64,000 bases of DNA from Candidatus Liptonbacteria bacterium (GTDB lineage: Bacteria > Patescibacteriota > Minisyncoccia > UBA6257 > 2-01-FULL-56-20): assembly GCA_023244895.1 (NCBI GenBank), contig JAHFLL010000001.1:553802-617801 (forward strand), in the 5' to 3' direction. Below are positions 1 through 8,940 of the stretch, piece by piece; within the stretch, counting starts at the first letter, position 1, and the number at the start of each line of letters is the position of its first letter. Made by a program: the position numbers and the translations under genes. Under the pieces are notes generated by a model. It was not told the DNA's origin and made no database searches. It saw only the letters and a program-made list of their open reading frames with translations.

Positions 1-35
1 TTTCTTACTTTTTCGTTGGGATAAAGTCGGGGCAT
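1..35 (-). CDS. fusA: Probable 5' end of elongation factor G, running off the window start (MPRLYPNEKVRK...)
   Basis: Minus-strand ATG at 35 gives MPRLYPNEKVRK, which aligns with the EF-G N-terminus (MAREFSLEKTRN). Position immediately after rpsL-rpsG matches the conserved str operon order. Confidence 0.4.
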   Translation of the reverse strand, partial: MPRLYPNEKVR

Positions 36-123
36 ATATTTTTTATAAATTTCTAATTCCTAATTGACCTAATCACTAATAGGAGAATGTTTAATTCGGA
101 TGCATTCGTAAATTCGGATCGCG

Positions 124-591
124 CTATCCGCTGAAGTGAGCAAAAGCGCGATTCGCCTCCGCCATACGGTGCATATCAAGCTTTTTCTTTATGGCCGCGC
201 CTTCGTTCTTGGAAGCGGCTATTATCTCCGCGGCTAATTTCTCCGCCATGGGCTTGCCCTTCTGGGAACGAGCCGCGCCGATAATCCAGCGGCAGGCCAG
301 AACAAATCTACGCTCCGGACGGACCTCGCGTGGAACCTGATAGTTCGCGCCGCCCACACGCTTGGAGGCAACTTCCAAAACCGGAGAGGCGTTAGCCATA
401 GCTTTTTCGAAAATAGAGACTGGCTCCTGTTTGGTTTCCTCTTCTATCTTTTTGAAAGCGTCATAAACCACTCTCTCCGCCACGGATTTCTTGCCGTCAT
501 TCATCACGTAGTTAATAAACCTGCCCAAGTCAATACGGCTATGAATTATATCTGCCTTATAATGCTTTTTGTAAACTCTCTTTTTTCTCAT
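124..591 (-). CDS. rpsG: 30S ribosomal protein S7
   Basis: 155 aa; motifs typical of uS7 (SPVLEV, YQVPREV, RWII). Confidence 0.95.
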   Translation of the reverse strand: MRKKRVYKKHYKADIIHSRIDLGRFINYVMNDGKKSVAERVVYDAFKKIEEETKQEPVSIFEKAMANASPVLEVASKRVGGANYQVPREVRPERRFVLACRWIIGAARSQKGKPMAEKLAAEIIAASKNEGAAIKKKLDMHRMAEANRAFAHFSG

Positions 592-596
592 ATTGC

Positions 597-1013
597 TTAT
601 GCCTTCTTGGCTCTTTTCGCGCCGTATTTAGACCTCTGTTGTTTTCTGTTCGCCACTCCGGTTGTGTCTAGCACGCCACGTACTACGTGGTAACGGACGC
701 CCGGCAAATCTTTAACGCGCCCTCCGCGAATAACCACAATGGAGTGCTCCTGCAGGTTGTGGCCTTCGCCCGGAATGTAAGCGGTTACTTCCATACCGTT
801 CGTAAGACGCACGCGGCAAACTTTACGCAAAGCGGAGTTCGGCTTTTTGGGAGTAGTGGTAAAAACTTTGAGACACACCCCCCGCTTGAAGGGCGAAGGC
901 GAATCTACGGGAGCATTTTTTATAGTATTGAAATAGTAAGACAAAGCCGGCGATTTGGTCTTCGCCTTAACGGTATGACGTCCTTTCTTAATGAGTTGAT
1001 GAATAGTAGGCAT
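597..1013 (-). CDS. rpsL: 30S ribosomal protein S12
   Basis: 138 aa; MPTINQLI-like start and [11 protein letters not shown]...VRGG motif are classic uS12. Confidence 0.95.
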   Translation of the reverse strand: MPTIHQLIKKGRHTVKAKTKSPALSYYFNTIKNAPVDSPSPFKRGVCLKVFTTTPKKPNSALRKVCRVRLTNGMEVTAYIPGEGHNLQEHSIVVIRGGRVKDLPGVRYHVVRGVLDTTGVANRKQQRSKYGAKRAKKA

Positions 1014-1080
1014 CGTTACAAAACTAAGCGCCTCCTTGGAGGCAGAGCAATTCTAAATCAAAAAGCGCTTTTGTGTCAAC

Positions 1081-1725
1081 TTATAGCCCACCAAACAATG
1101 CGCCCGCGACCGACCGACCGACTATTGCTATAAAGGAATTTGTAACCGCGTAGTCAATCACGAAAGAAAAGAAATATATGAATACAAATATTATGGCTAT
1201 TCCATAAAAACCAAGTCTTTCCATGACCATGGTCCAGCGCCGTGGCAAAATTAAATTCAATATTTGGGAACCGTCCAAGGGTGGGATGGGTAGTAGATTA
1301 AAAATGGCTAGACTGATATTTATCAAAACTATAATAGCTAAAAGCCAGACAAAGCCCGCGGGTAGATAGAATGCTCCAAAACGCACCAACATTCCGAAAA
1401 TCAGAGCCATTAAAATATTGGAAAGCGGACCGGCTAACGCAACTTTAAGCGGACCGTATTTGGGGTCGCGCAAATTATAAGGATTATATGGCACAGGCTT
1501 GGCCCAGCCGATCATAATCGGAGAGTTGCTAAAAAATAAGAGCAGTGGCAAAAGTATTGAGCCGAACATATCTATGTGCTTTAGAGGGTTAAAGGTTAGT
1601 CGCCCGGCTAAACGCGCGGTCGGGTCCCCTAGCTTCTCCGCCACGTATCCGTGCGAAACCTCATGCACCATTACGGACACGATTAAAACTATAAATTGGA
1701 ATATTTTGAACTCAAATCCAGTCAT
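1081..1725 (-). CDS. Site-2 protease / peptidase M50 family zinc metalloprotease (membrane)
   Basis: HEVSHG (HExxH) in a polytopic hydrophobic protein; M50-like overall architecture. Confidence 0.8.
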   Translation of the reverse strand: MTGFEFKIFQFIVLIVSVMVHEVSHGYVAEKLGDPTARLAGRLTFNPLKHIDMFGSILLPLLLFFSNSPIMIGWAKPVPYNPYNLRDPKYGPLKVALAGPLSNILMALIFGMLVRFGAFYLPAGFVWLLAIIVLINISLAIFNLLPIPPLDGSQILNLILPRRWTMVMERLGFYGIAIIFVFIYFFSFVIDYAVTNSFIAIVGRSVAGALFGGL

Positions 1726-1741
1726 GGGCGTATATTCTACA

Positions 1742-2341
1742 CTATATCTTCTTGGTTATCACGCTCTTTCTAACCCTGCCTTTCATCTCTTTCTCTAACA
1801 TGGCGTCGCTCACTTTCGCGTAATCGCCCAATCTGCCCATGGCGATAACTACAGTTGGCACATTTTCCGCGGGTATTTTGAGCAGTTTCACAATCCCGTC
1901 GCGATCGAACATACCCATTTGGCGGGAATATATACCCAAAGACTGCGCCTCCACAATAGCGGCCATTACCGCCAAGCCCAAGTCGTGCGCGGCGAACTTA
2001 TTCTCGCCGTTCGGGCAGTGTTCGCAACGCGGGATGCGACAGGCCACCACTAAGAGCGGTGCTGTTTCCGCCCACTGATTGCGCTCCGACAAACAAGTAA
2101 CAATTTTTTTGTAAGACGCGGTCCCTTTGTGCGCCCAGTAGAAAAACCAAGGTTGGTGATTGTAACCCGATGGCGCCCAACGCGAAGCCTCAAAAATAGA
2201 CTTGATTTCTTTTTCGCTGAGCCGTTTTGCCGAGAAAAGAGTAGGGCTGAAGCGATCGCGGAGCGTCTTCGTTATCGGCGACTTGAGGCTTGGCCTCTTA
2301 AGCTTGAGCATCTTGCCCGTCGTCATTCCTTCCATCTTCAT
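1742..2341 (-). CDS. Nitroreductase-family protein
   Basis: SGYNHQPW motif and size (199 aa) are typical of the NADH-oxidase/nitroreductase fold. Confidence 0.6.
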   Translation of the reverse strand: MKMEGMTTGKMLKLKRPSLKSPITKTLRDRFSPTLFSAKRLSEKEIKSIFEASRWAPSGYNHQPWFFYWAHKGTASYKKIVTCLSERNQWAETAPLLVVACRIPRCEHCPNGENKFAAHDLGLAVMAAIVEAQSLGIYSRQMGMFDRDGIVKLLKIPAENVPTVVIAMGRLGDYAKVSDAMLEKEMKGRVRKSVITKKI

Positions 2342-2351
2342 GCTTATGATT

Positions 2352-2921
2352 CTAATTCAAAGCCTTAAACGAGTTTTTTATTATCTGGTCCACCTCCTCG
2401 TAGCCCAGAGAAAAAGCATAGTTATATCTGGCAGGTAAGGCAAAAACATATTTTGAATTTTTACCGAGACCGCTCGGACCGATCGGCGCCGCGCCGATAT
2501 GGAAGCTTTCTTTATTGATACCCGCCCATTGCTCCGGCGTGAAGACCATCACAGGAATGTCCTGCCGGGGATTCGCTTCCGTCCACTCCGGATGCCTTAC
2601 TTTAAACAGAGGACCCCTTTCCACCACCACATCTCCCTTGCCCTCTACATATCTATATCCCTTCCACTCCTCATTTATTATGGAATATCCCTTCCAGCTA
2701 GACGGCAAGTTTATGGCAAAACCATAATCAGTGTTGCGATATTCAATTATTCCGGGCTGGATAGATGTCGGACCCTCGGTTGAGCTACTCGCCAGACCGC
2801 CTTCGCCAGCCGGAACACTTCCATCCCTAGCTATCTGATACCGTTCCACGAACTTGAAGAAGCCGATTAGCGCGATAAGCGCCACCAAACCGTAGATTAT
2901 TTTAAGGGTACTCTTATTCAT
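2352..2921 (-). CDS. Hypothetical membrane-anchored or secreted protein
   Basis: N-terminal hydrophobic helix (IIYGLVALIALIGFF) followed by a soluble domain; no recognised motif. Confidence 0.5.
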   Translation of the reverse strand: MNKSTLKIIYGLVALIALIGFFKFVERYQIARDGSVPAGEGGLASSSTEGPTSIQPGIIEYRNTDYGFAINLPSSWKGYSIINEEWKGYRYVEGKGDVVVERGPLFKVRHPEWTEANPRQDIPVMVFTPEQWAGINKESFHIGAAPIGPSGLGKNSKYVFALPARYNYAFSLGYEEVDQIIKNSFKALN

Positions 2922-3052
2922 ATATATGGAAATTATAACATTGTGCGCCCGGAGGGACGTCTCACGTCGCTACGCTCCTGGGAACCAGGCGGTTCCCAGC
3001 CTCCGCAGTTGGGAAATTACCGTTTCCCAAACCCTTTCCGTTCGAGTCCAAG

Positions 3053-3126
3053 TGCGCCCGGAGGGACTCGAACCCCCAACCCCTTGGTTCGAAGCCAAGT
3101 ACTCTATCCAGTTGAGCTACGGGCGC
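3053..3126 (-). tRNA. tRNA-Arg (anticodon TCG)
   Basis: Reverse complement folds as a 74-nt cloverleaf: acceptor gcgcccg/cgggcgc, anticodon loop ct-TCG-aa, T-loop gttcgagtc. Confidence 0.85.
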
Positions 3127-3166
3127 AGTGTTTCAATATTATCTTAGTTATATCGCCCGAGCAAAC

Positions 3167-3195
3167 TTGACTAAACATCAATTTAATAATATAAA
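3167..3195 (+). promoter_or_regulatory. Putative sigma70 promoter TTGACT-17-TATAAA driving the 114-aa ORF
   Basis: TTGACT at 3167-3172, 17-nt spacer, TATAAA at 3190-3195. This is followed by a 5'UTR hairpin cccagcac (3199-3206) / gtgctggg (3233-3240) that partly occludes the GGAGG Shine-Dalgarno at 3239-3243. Confidence 0.4.
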
Positions 3196-3251
3196 TTGCC
3201 CAGCACCGCATGGGGCGGGCTAATCAACTCCTGTGCTGGGAGGAGACATAG

Positions 3252-3596
3252 ATGGCGAAGAATGCGGAAGCGCGGAAAAGGTCAAGAGACAAGAACGAGG
3301 CGCTCTTCCTCGTGCAGATCGCACTGAGCAATAGGGGTACCGCAACAGAACGGGGTGCTGTCCAGAAGATGCGAAGGATGGCGAAAGATCCCGAAGTTGA
3401 GGCGCTTCTTCGTCGGAGACTGAGCGACTCGGCCGCCAATCACAAGCCAAGCTTCAGCGAGGGACGCGGAGAGGAAGCGAAGGGCGGCTCGCGCGCCAAA
3501 GAAATCGAGCGCCGTCTGGCGGCAGAGGTGGCCCGACGCCTGCACGTGAACATCACCTTCGTCGAGATCGACATGGAGATGTTCCCGGAGGACTAG
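3252..3596 (+). CDS. Hypothetical basic, helix-rich 114-aa protein in a GC-rich cassette
   Basis: Strong GGAGG RBS 8 nt upstream of the ATG; local GC is clearly higher than flanking genes; a hairpin terminator follows; no recognisable family. Confidence 0.55.
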   Translation: MAKNAEARKRSRDKNEALFLVQIALSNRGTATERGAVQKMRRMAKDPEVEALLRRRLSDSAANHKPSFSEGRGEEAKGGSRAKEIERRLAAEVARRLHVNITFVEIDMEMFPED

Positions 3597-3612
3597 CTTG
3601 AGAGCAATAGAG

Positions 3613-3650
3613 GCCGGGGCGCGCAACGTCGCCCCGGCTCTCCAACTTTT
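3613..3650 (+). terminator. Rho-independent terminator (gccggggcg..cgccccggc + T-run)
   Basis: 9-bp GC stem followed by ccaactttt. Confidence 0.5.
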
Positions 3651-3707
3651 ACATATCCACCCTTTGCAGTTTTTTTCGTTTTTTTATAAAATGTAGCGGT
3701 TAATAAT

Positions 3708-3780
3708 GCACCCATAGCTCAGCTGGTAGAGCAGCTCCCTCTTAAGGAGACGGTCCGAGGTTCGATCCCTCGTGGGTGCA
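3708..3780 (+). tRNA. tRNA-Lys (anticodon CTT)
   Basis: 73-nt cloverleaf: acceptor gcaccca/tgggtgc, D-loop agctggtag, anticodon loop ct-CTT-aa, T-loop ggttcgatcc. Confidence 0.8.
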
Positions 3781-3836
3781 CCCCAAAATCCAGAAAGTAG
3801 AACGTAGCAGGTAGAATGTAGAACCTACCAATAAGA

Positions 3837-6002
3837 ATGCTCGAACTAAATACCCCCCTTGAAGCATTGCCTAGCGTCGGACCAAAGTTTTGGCAAAAAT
3901 TCAAACGCCTAGGATTAGATACTGTCCAGGATCTTTTATTTAACTTCCCTGTTCGCTATGAAGATTTTTCGGAAATATATCGCATTGATGATTTAGAGCC
4001 CGGTCAACAAGCCACTATCCAGGGCATTGTGGAAGAGGTGGATATTCGTCACACCTGGAAAAAGAATCTAACCATAGTTGAAGCCCGTATCCGGGATGAG
4101 TCCGGTAGTATCCGCGCGGTTTGGTTTAATCAGCCTTACGTCAAAAACGTTTTACGTCCCGGCAAGTTGGCAAATTTTTCCGGCAAGGTTTCTGTCTCAG
4201 AAGAAGATATTTATCTTAGCCATCCCACCTACGAACTGGTCAGTTTCCGCGAAACACGCCACACCGCCCGCCTGGTTCCGGTTTATCCCGAGACCAAGGG
4301 TTTAACTTCCAAGGGTATCCGTTTCGTAGTCCAACCAGTTTTAGCAAACTTAGGACCCTTAGGTGATTGGCTACCGGAAGAGATTCGCGAATCACGCGAC
4401 TACCCGGCTCTAGACAAAGCCCTGCACGACATACACTTCCCGAATAAAATGGAAGACGCAGAGCGTGCTCAAAAAAGATTTGCATTTGAGGATTTGTTTC
4501 TCCTGCAACTGCTTAACTTGCGCCAGAAACTTAAGTTGGCCCAAGAAAAAGCTCCGCCCGTAGAAATAGAACTGCCAGAATTAAAAAAATTGCTGGGCTA
4601 TTTGCCTTTTGAACTAACCACATCTCAAAAACGCTCCCTTTGGGAAGTGGTGCAGGATATAGCGAGACCCAGACCCATGAACCGTCTTCTGCAGGGCGAC
4701 GTAGGTTCCGGTAAAACCGCGGTCGCGGCACTCGCCGCCATGGTTGCCGCGCGCAAGGGATATCAGACCGCCGTTATGGCGCCCACCGAGGTTCTGGCCG
4801 GACAACATTTTGAAACTTTTCGGAAATTGTTGAAACGGCTACCCGCGAGCAAACAGCCCACGCTCGCGATTATGACCGCTCACCAAAATAAAATTGTCTA
4901 CGAAAGCGACCTGGAATCGGAAATAAAAAAGAAAGAGCTACAACAAGCGATTAAGAAGGGCGAGGCGAAGATAATTATCGGCACCCACGCGCTCATTCAA
5001 AAATCGGTCAGCTTCAAAAAGTTGGGGTTGGTTGTGATAGATGAGCAACATCGCTTCGGAGTAGACCAAAGAGCCAAGCTGACTCAAACCACCAGCTTGC
5101 CCGGTAAGAAAAAATATGTTGCCGGAGGCAAAAATCTTCTGCCGCATTTTTTGAGCATGTCCGCTACTCCCATCCCTCGCACGTTAATGCTAACCGTCTT
5201 CGGCGACTTGGACATTTCTACTATTGACGAGCTGCCCGCCGGACGCAAACCAATTTTAACCAAGATCGTCTCCCCGGAAAATAGAATTAAGGCGTATGGC
5301 TTTATTAAAGGACAAATCCAAAAGGGCAGACAAGCTTTCGTAATTTGTCCGCGCATAGATCCGCCCGAATCAGACCCGAATAAAAAACCGGATCCGCGCC
5401 AGGCCAAGCTCTGGGAAGTAAAATCTGTCAAAGAAGAATATCAAAAGCTTAAAGAAAAAATATTTCCGGAGTTTAGGGTGGCAATGCTCCATGGACAACT
5501 CAAGAGCGCGGAGAAGGAACAGATTATGAAGGACTTTCGACAGGGCAAGACGGATATATTGGTTTCCACTTCCGTGATAGAGGTAGGAGTGGACGTGCCG
5601 AACGCCACCATTATGATGATTGAAGGTGCGGACCGGTTCGGCTTGGCGCAGTTGTATCAATTTCGGGGCAGAGTCGGACGGGGCGAGCACCAATCTTTCT
5701 GCTTTTTATTCACCGAGTCTAAGACTCGCTCCACCGCGGAGCGCCTTAAGGCCATAGTTACCGCAAAGAGCGGCTTTGAGCTGGCAGAGCGCGACCTGGA
5801 ACTGCGGGGGCCGGGCGAATTTATAGGTCAGAAGCAAACTGGCCTGCCGGATATAGCCATGCGCGGTCTTCAGGACGCAGCCCTTATAAAAGATAGCCGT
5901 CAGGCAGCAGTGGAGGTGCTTAAAAAACACCCGTCTTTGGAGGCCTATCCCCTGCTTAAAGCGAAAACAGACGAGTTCCAAGCTCGTATTCATCTGGAGT
6001 AG
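3837..6002 (+). CDS. recG: ATP-dependent DNA helicase RecG
   Basis: 721 aa; N-terminal wedge region, Walker A GDVGSGKT, DEQH box (VIDEQHRFGV), helicase C motifs. Confidence 0.9.
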   Translation: MLELNTPLEALPSVGPKFWQKFKRLGLDTVQDLLFNFPVRYEDFSEIYRIDDLEPGQQATIQGIVEEVDIRHTWKKNLTIVEARIRDESGSIRAVWFNQPYVKNVLRPGKLANFSGKVSVSEEDIYLSHPTYELVSFRETRHTARLVPVYPETKGLTSKGIRFVVQPVLANLGPLGDWLPEEIRESRDYPALDKALHDIHFPNKMEDAERAQKRFAFEDLFLLQLLNLRQKLKLAQEKAPPVEIELPELKKLLGYLPFELTTSQKRSLWEVVQDIARPRPMNRLLQGDVGSGKTAVAALAAMVAARKGYQTAVMAPTEVLAGQHFETFRKLLKRLPASKQPTLAIMTAHQNKIVYESDLESEIKKKELQQAIKKGEAKIIIGTHALIQKSVSFKKLGLVVIDEQHRFGVDQRAKLTQTTSLPGKKKYVAGGKNLLPHFLSMSATPIPRTLMLTVFGDLDISTIDELPAGRKPILTKIVSPENRIKAYGFIKGQIQKGRQAFVICPRIDPPESDPNKKPDPRQAKLWEVKSVKEEYQKLKEKIFPEFRVAMLHGQLKSAEKEQIMKDFRQGKTDILVSTSVIEVGVDVPNATIMMIEGADRFGLAQLYQFRGRVGRGEHQSFCFLFTESKTRSTAERLKAIVTAKSGFELAERDLELRGPGEFIGQKQTGLPDIAMRGLQDAALIKDSRQAAVEVLKKHPSLEAYPLLKAKTDEFQARIHLE

Positions 6003-6237
6003 CCGCTCCGGTCCAAGCAGAACCCGAAGTTCGCCGAGAATAGGCTCGGTTTGGTCTAAAAATCTGTCGCAAAAGACAGGTTTATATAAATTTATTGCCT
6101 ATTTTATAAAGTGTGTTGCGCTTAGTGATTTTGGGGATAAGTGCCCTATTCTTGTAATATCCTATTTTGAGTAAAATGAAGAAACCGAAATAAATCCCGC
6201 GCATAGTCGCAACCGCGCGGAGTTTCTAAAAGACAAG

Positions 6238-8532
6238 ATGACCAACACCAACCACCACTTCAAGCAGGTTCGCAAAAGGGACGGAAATTTAACCGACTTC
6301 GACCAAAATAAAATCACAAACGCGATCGCGAAAGCGATGCGCGCGGCGGAAGAAGGCGACGCATTGAATGACGCGGAGAAAGTTTCCGATCAAGTGGTGT
6401 CTGCTTTGGTGTTGCGCTACCCGGAAGAATACATTCCTTCCATTGAAGAGGTGCAAGACATCGCGGAGGAGCAACTTATCGCCGCGAATTTTTCTAAAAC
6501 AGCAAAGCACTACATTTTATACCGCAATGAGCGCGCCAAGGCTCGCTCCGAAAGAAAAGACATCCCTTCGCATGTGCGAGAACTGGCAATAGAGAGCAAA
6601 AAATATTTCCGTAATCCATTGGCGGAGTTTGTTTACTATCGCACCTACTCCCGCTGGATAGACGAAGAGAGCCGGCGCGAAACTTGGATTGAAACCGTAG
6701 ATCGTTACGTGGATTTTATGCGCGAGAATCTCGGAAACAAACTTACCGCGGAAGAATACGCGGAAGTTAGAAACACGATTTTGAATCAGGAAGCAATGCC
6801 ATCCATGCGTCTTCTGCAATTCGCGGGTACTGCCGCGCGCACTTCTAATGTTGCTGCGTACAACTGCTCTTTTACCGCACCGACTAAAATCCAAGACTTC
6901 GCGGAAATAGTTTACATCTCTATGTGTGGAACGGGCGTGGGTTTTTCAGTGGAAAGCAAATACGTACAACAGTTGCCCCAGATAAAAAGGCAAACCGGCG
7001 AGAAATTGGAAGCTTACGTTATCCCCGACTCCAAAGAGGGCTGGGCGGACTCGCTCGCTTTCGGTATGCAAACTTGGTACGACGGTAAAGATGTGGATTT
7101 TGACTTCTCGCAACTGCGGCCCGCCGGTGCGCGCCTTAAAACTATGGGTGGAAAAAGTTCCGGACCGGAACCTCTGCGCCAGTTACTGTCCTTCGCGCGC
7201 GCGAAAATTCTAAAACGCCAAGGGCGACGCCTTACTAATTTAGACGCGCACGATATCATCTGCAAAATTGGCGAGATAGTTGTCTCGGGTGGCGTGCGCA
7301 GGAGCGCGCTTATCTCGCTCTCCGATTTGGACGATACTGAAATACGCGACAGTAAGAAGGGTCAGTTCTATTTGAACGAACCCCAGCGCAGTTTAGCCAA
7401 CAACTCCGCGGTCTACGAGCAGAAACCCACCACCGCCGAATTCATGGAAGAATGGGTAGCCTTGATGAAAAGTGGCAGTGGCGAGCGCGGCATATTCAAC
7501 CGCGGAGGATTGGCGCAAACCCTACCGGAAAGGCGCCTCAAAGCATTGAATGGCTACGTGGGCGACCTAGGCACGAATCCTTGCGGAGAAATAATCCTGC
7601 AAACCAAGCAGTTCTGTAACTTATCGGAGGTAGTGGCCCGCGCGGAAGACACGCTTGAAACCCTGCTCAGAAAAATCAGAGTCGCAACGATACTCGGCAC
7701 CTATCAGGCCACCCTCACGGACTTCAAATATCTTTCCAAAGAATGGAAGGAACATTGCGACACAGAAAAACTACTGGGAGTCTCAATCACTGGTCAGTGG
7801 GATTGCCCGGTGGTACGCGATGCGGGAACGTTACAAAAACTCAAAGAAGAAACTATCAAAATAAATAAGGAATATTCGGAACGTTTCGGAGTCAACCAGT
7901 CCACCTGCATCACCACCACTAAACCCTCCGGCAACTTGTCTCAGACCGTGGACTCTTCTTCTGGAATGCATCCGCGCCATTCCGAGTATTATATCCGTCG
8001 CGTGCGCATCGCCAGAACTGATTCTTTATTTGAAATGTTAAAAGACCAGGGCGTGCCCTATCATCCGGAAGTCGGACAAACGATGGATAACGCCAGCACT
8101 TTCGTAATTGATTTTCCGGTTAAGTCCCCAGAGGGAGCCATCTTTAAAAATGACCTGACCGCCACCGAACAGTTAGAGCACTGGAAATTAGTTAAAACTA
8201 ATTACACCGAGCATAACCCATCCGTCACAATTTCCATCGGTGAAGACGAATGGCTCAAGGTGGCGAATTGGGTGTATGAAAACTGGGAGATAGTGGGTGG
8301 TCTGTCTTTTCTGCCTCGTGACAATCATATTTATCAATTAGCGCCTTACGAAGAGATAAATAGCGCTCAGTACGAAGAGCTGGTGACTAAATTCAAGGAC
8401 CTGGACTTCTCTAAGATCGTGGCTTACGAGCACGAGGATGAAACCAATCGCCGAATGGAGCTGGCTTGCGCGGGTGGAGTGTGCGCGGTAGATGATTTAG
8501 CGGTAGGCAAAGATTCTTCCGCTAATAAATAA
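6238..8532 (+). CDS. nrdJ: Ribonucleoside-triphosphate/diphosphate reductase, class II (adenosylcobalamin-dependent), with N-terminal ATP-cone
   Basis: 764 aa; ATP-cone (KRDGNLTDFDQNKI), class II signature NPCGEI, conserved C-terminal active-site cysteine region. Confidence 0.85.
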   Translation: MTNTNHHFKQVRKRDGNLTDFDQNKITNAIAKAMRAAEEGDALNDAEKVSDQVVSALVLRYPEEYIPSIEEVQDIAEEQLIAANFSKTAKHYILYRNERAKARSERKDIPSHVRELAIESKKYFRNPLAEFVYYRTYSRWIDEESRRETWIETVDRYVDFMRENLGNKLTAEEYAEVRNTILNQEAMPSMRLLQFAGTAARTSNVAAYNCSFTAPTKIQDFAEIVYISMCGTGVGFSVESKYVQQLPQIKRQTGEKLEAYVIPDSKEGWADSLAFGMQTWYDGKDVDFDFSQLRPAGARLKTMGGKSSGPEPLRQLLSFARAKILKRQGRRLTNLDAHDIICKIGEIVVSGGVRRSALISLSDLDDTEIRDSKKGQFYLNEPQRSLANNSAVYEQKPTTAEFMEEWVALMKSGSGERGIFNRGGLAQTLPERRLKALNGYVGDLGTNPCGEIILQTKQFCNLSEVVARAEDTLETLLRKIRVATILGTYQATLTDFKYLSKEWKEHCDTEKLLGVSITGQWDCPVVRDAGTLQKLKEETIKINKEYSERFGVNQSTCITTTKPSGNLSQTVDSSSGMHPRHSEYYIRRVRIARTDSLFEMLKDQGVPYHPEVGQTMDNASTFVIDFPVKSPEGAIFKNDLTATEQLEHWKLVKTNYTEHNPSVTISIGEDEWLKVANWVYENWEIVGGLSFLPRDNHIYQLAPYEEINSAQYEELVTKFKDLDFSKIVAYEHEDETNRRMELACAGGVCAVDDLAVGKDSSANK

Positions 8533-8556
8533 TAAGAAGAATTTACCCTAACCAAA

Positions 8557-8582
8557 AAAACCGCGCGCATGGCGGTTTTTTT
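8557..8582 (+). terminator. Rho-independent terminator after nrdJ
   Basis: aaaaaaaccgcgcgcatggcggttttttt: GC stem flanked by an A-run and a T-run. Confidence 0.5.
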
Positions 8583-8588
8583 GGTTAA

Positions 8589-8873
8589 ATGATAGACTTC
8601 TCCTCATCCAATAAGGTCCACACGGCAAATACGGCCAGCGGACCTGGATCCAACCGAAAGGTCAAAAACACTATTAAAGACATGGCAAATCAACAAGATT
8701 ACCAAGGACAGACTCAATGGTTTGAGGGCGACTGGAAGTGCAAGGATTGTGGACAGGCGATAACCAAACTGCCCTTCAAGCCAGACGAAAACAGGCTAGG
8801 CGAGTTGCGCTGTCGCGACTGCCACTCCAAAAATCGTCCCCCAGCGCGAGGCGGTTTCCGCGGAGGTCGATAG
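8589..8873 (+). CDS. Small zinc-ribbon protein with C-terminal RGG-like tail (hypothetical)
   Basis: CKDCGQ...CRDCHSK gives a CxxC-x19-CxxC ribbon; C-terminus ARGGFRGGR; true start may be an internal Met. Confidence 0.4.
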   Translation: MIDFSSSNKVHTANTASGPGSNRKVKNTIKDMANQQDYQGQTQWFEGDWKCKDCGQAITKLPFKPDENRLGELRCRDCHSKNRPPARGGFRGGR

Positions 8874-8891
8874 AAGTTTCGCTACATAATT

Positions 8892-8918
8892 CAAAACCCC
8901 CTTAATGGGGGTTTTGAA
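8892..8918. terminator. Bidirectional hairpin terminator between convergent genes
   Basis: aaaaccccc-ttaat-gggggtttt. Confidence 0.5.
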
Positions 8919-8940
8919 TTTAAACTTGTTCCTCTCTGGT

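Noticed and set aside
687-1133. 148-aa plus-strand ORF overlapping rpsL
   Set aside because: Antisense shadow ORF inside a highly conserved ribosomal gene; no independent signals.
6003-6237. Possible cobalamin riboswitch upstream of nrdJ
   Set aside because: Region is AT-rich and lacks the B12-box (rAGYCMGgAgaCCkGCc-like) core. Class II RNRs use B12 as a cofactor and are not usually riboswitch-repressed.
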